Shown piece by piece: positions 63,513-64,000 of a DNA stretch of 64,000 nt. Below the pieces are notes generated by a model that saw nothing but the letters and a program-made list of their open reading frames with translations, was not told where the DNA came from and did no database searches. The stretch is taken from assembly GCA_963766735.1 (NCBI GenBank), contig CAVYBU010000004.1, forward strand, positions 96,001-160,000. The letters run 5' to 3'. This DNA comes from an uncultured Chloroflexia bacterium (lineage in GTDB: Bacteria; Chloroflexota; Limnocylindria; Limnocylindrales; CSP1-4). A program made the translations under genes and the position numbers. Position 1 is the stretch's first letter, and each line of letters opens with the position of its first letter.

Positions 63513-64000
63513 CTACCTCGAGTAGTACTCGACCACGAGCTGCTCGTTGAAGTCGAGCGGCATCTGGTCGCGACGGGGCATGGCCAGCACGGTCCCGGCG
63601 AGGTTTGCCGCGTCGAGGCTCAGCCAGTCCGGTGCCTGATGGTTGCGGAGGGTCTCCTTGGCGACCTTGAACAGCTCTCGCTCGCGGTGCGACGTGCGCA
63701 CCTCGACCTTGTCGCCGATCTTGAGGCGGTAGGAGGCGATGTCCGTCGGGACACCGTTTACAGCAAAGTGGCCGTGGTTCACCATCTGCCGCGCGGCGGG
63801 CCGCGAGGGGGCGAACCCGAGCCGGAAGACGACGTTGTCCATGCGCTGCTCAAGCGAGCGCAGGAGGGCTTCGCCGGTCACGCCGTGTTGGCGGGTGGCC
63901 TCGACGAAGTAGTTGCGGAACTGCTTCTCGAGGACGCCGTAGACGCGTCGCACCTTCTGCTTCTCACGAAGCTGGAGGCCGTAGTCGCCAACCTTGCGGC
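63513..64000 (-). CDS. rpsD: 30S ribosomal protein S4 (5' end outside the window)
   Basis: DYGLQLREKQK, LEQRMDNVVFRLGFA, ARQMVNHGH, EQLVVEYYSR. Confidence 0.97.
   Translation of the reverse strand, partial: RKVGDYGLQLREKQKVRRVYGVLEKQFRNYFVEATRQHGVTGEALLRSLEQRMDNVVFRLGFAPSRPAARQMVNHGHFAVNGVPTDIASYRLKIGDKVEVRTSHRERELFKVAKETLRNHQAPDWLSLDAANLAGTVLAMPRRDQMPLDFNEQLVVEYYSR

Overview
Very GC-rich bacterial chromosomal window, mostly housekeeping and metabolic genes, with no rRNA, tRNA, CRISPR, integrase or transposase visible. Gene order (rpsD-rpoA-rplQ-truA-rplM-rpsI, cdaA-cdaR-glmM-glmS-acpS-nnrD-alr, alpha2-type GlyRS, F420-type PPOX protein, orphan GlmL-like gene) suggests a Chloroflexota, possibly Limnocylindria-like, organism; this is inference only. 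Left part: iolB, a MerR-vWA pair, M14 carboxypeptidase, two cation antiporter-type genes, an amtB remnant, an orphan OmpR-type regulator, ppc, a Zn-ADH, ppdK and FNR. These are followed by an NfnAB / tungsten-type AOR / radical SAM-SPASM / MoeB-MoaD redox block. Middle: glyQS, recO, a prenyl synthase and a three-gene PspA operon. Right: a long minus-strand core run (glmU, ispE, rsmA, tsaDBE/rimI, alr, glmS/M, cdaAR, ribosomal genes). Best leads: (1) a PspA (ESCRT-III) operon with a 512-aa protein built from 18+11-residue amphipathic repeats with a His stripe; (2) an AOR-linked rSAM/MoaD/MoeB module that includes a ubiquitin-like protein lacking the C-terminal GG; (3) a recurring intergenic GCAAC-N6-GCAAC box next to an orphan response regulator; (4) a 94-bp structured dispersed repeat, one copy inside a MITE-like element; (5) a mutase-less GlmL-like gene pair. 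Three single-base frameshifts look like assembly indels. All calls come from reading motifs by eye; no database searches were run.
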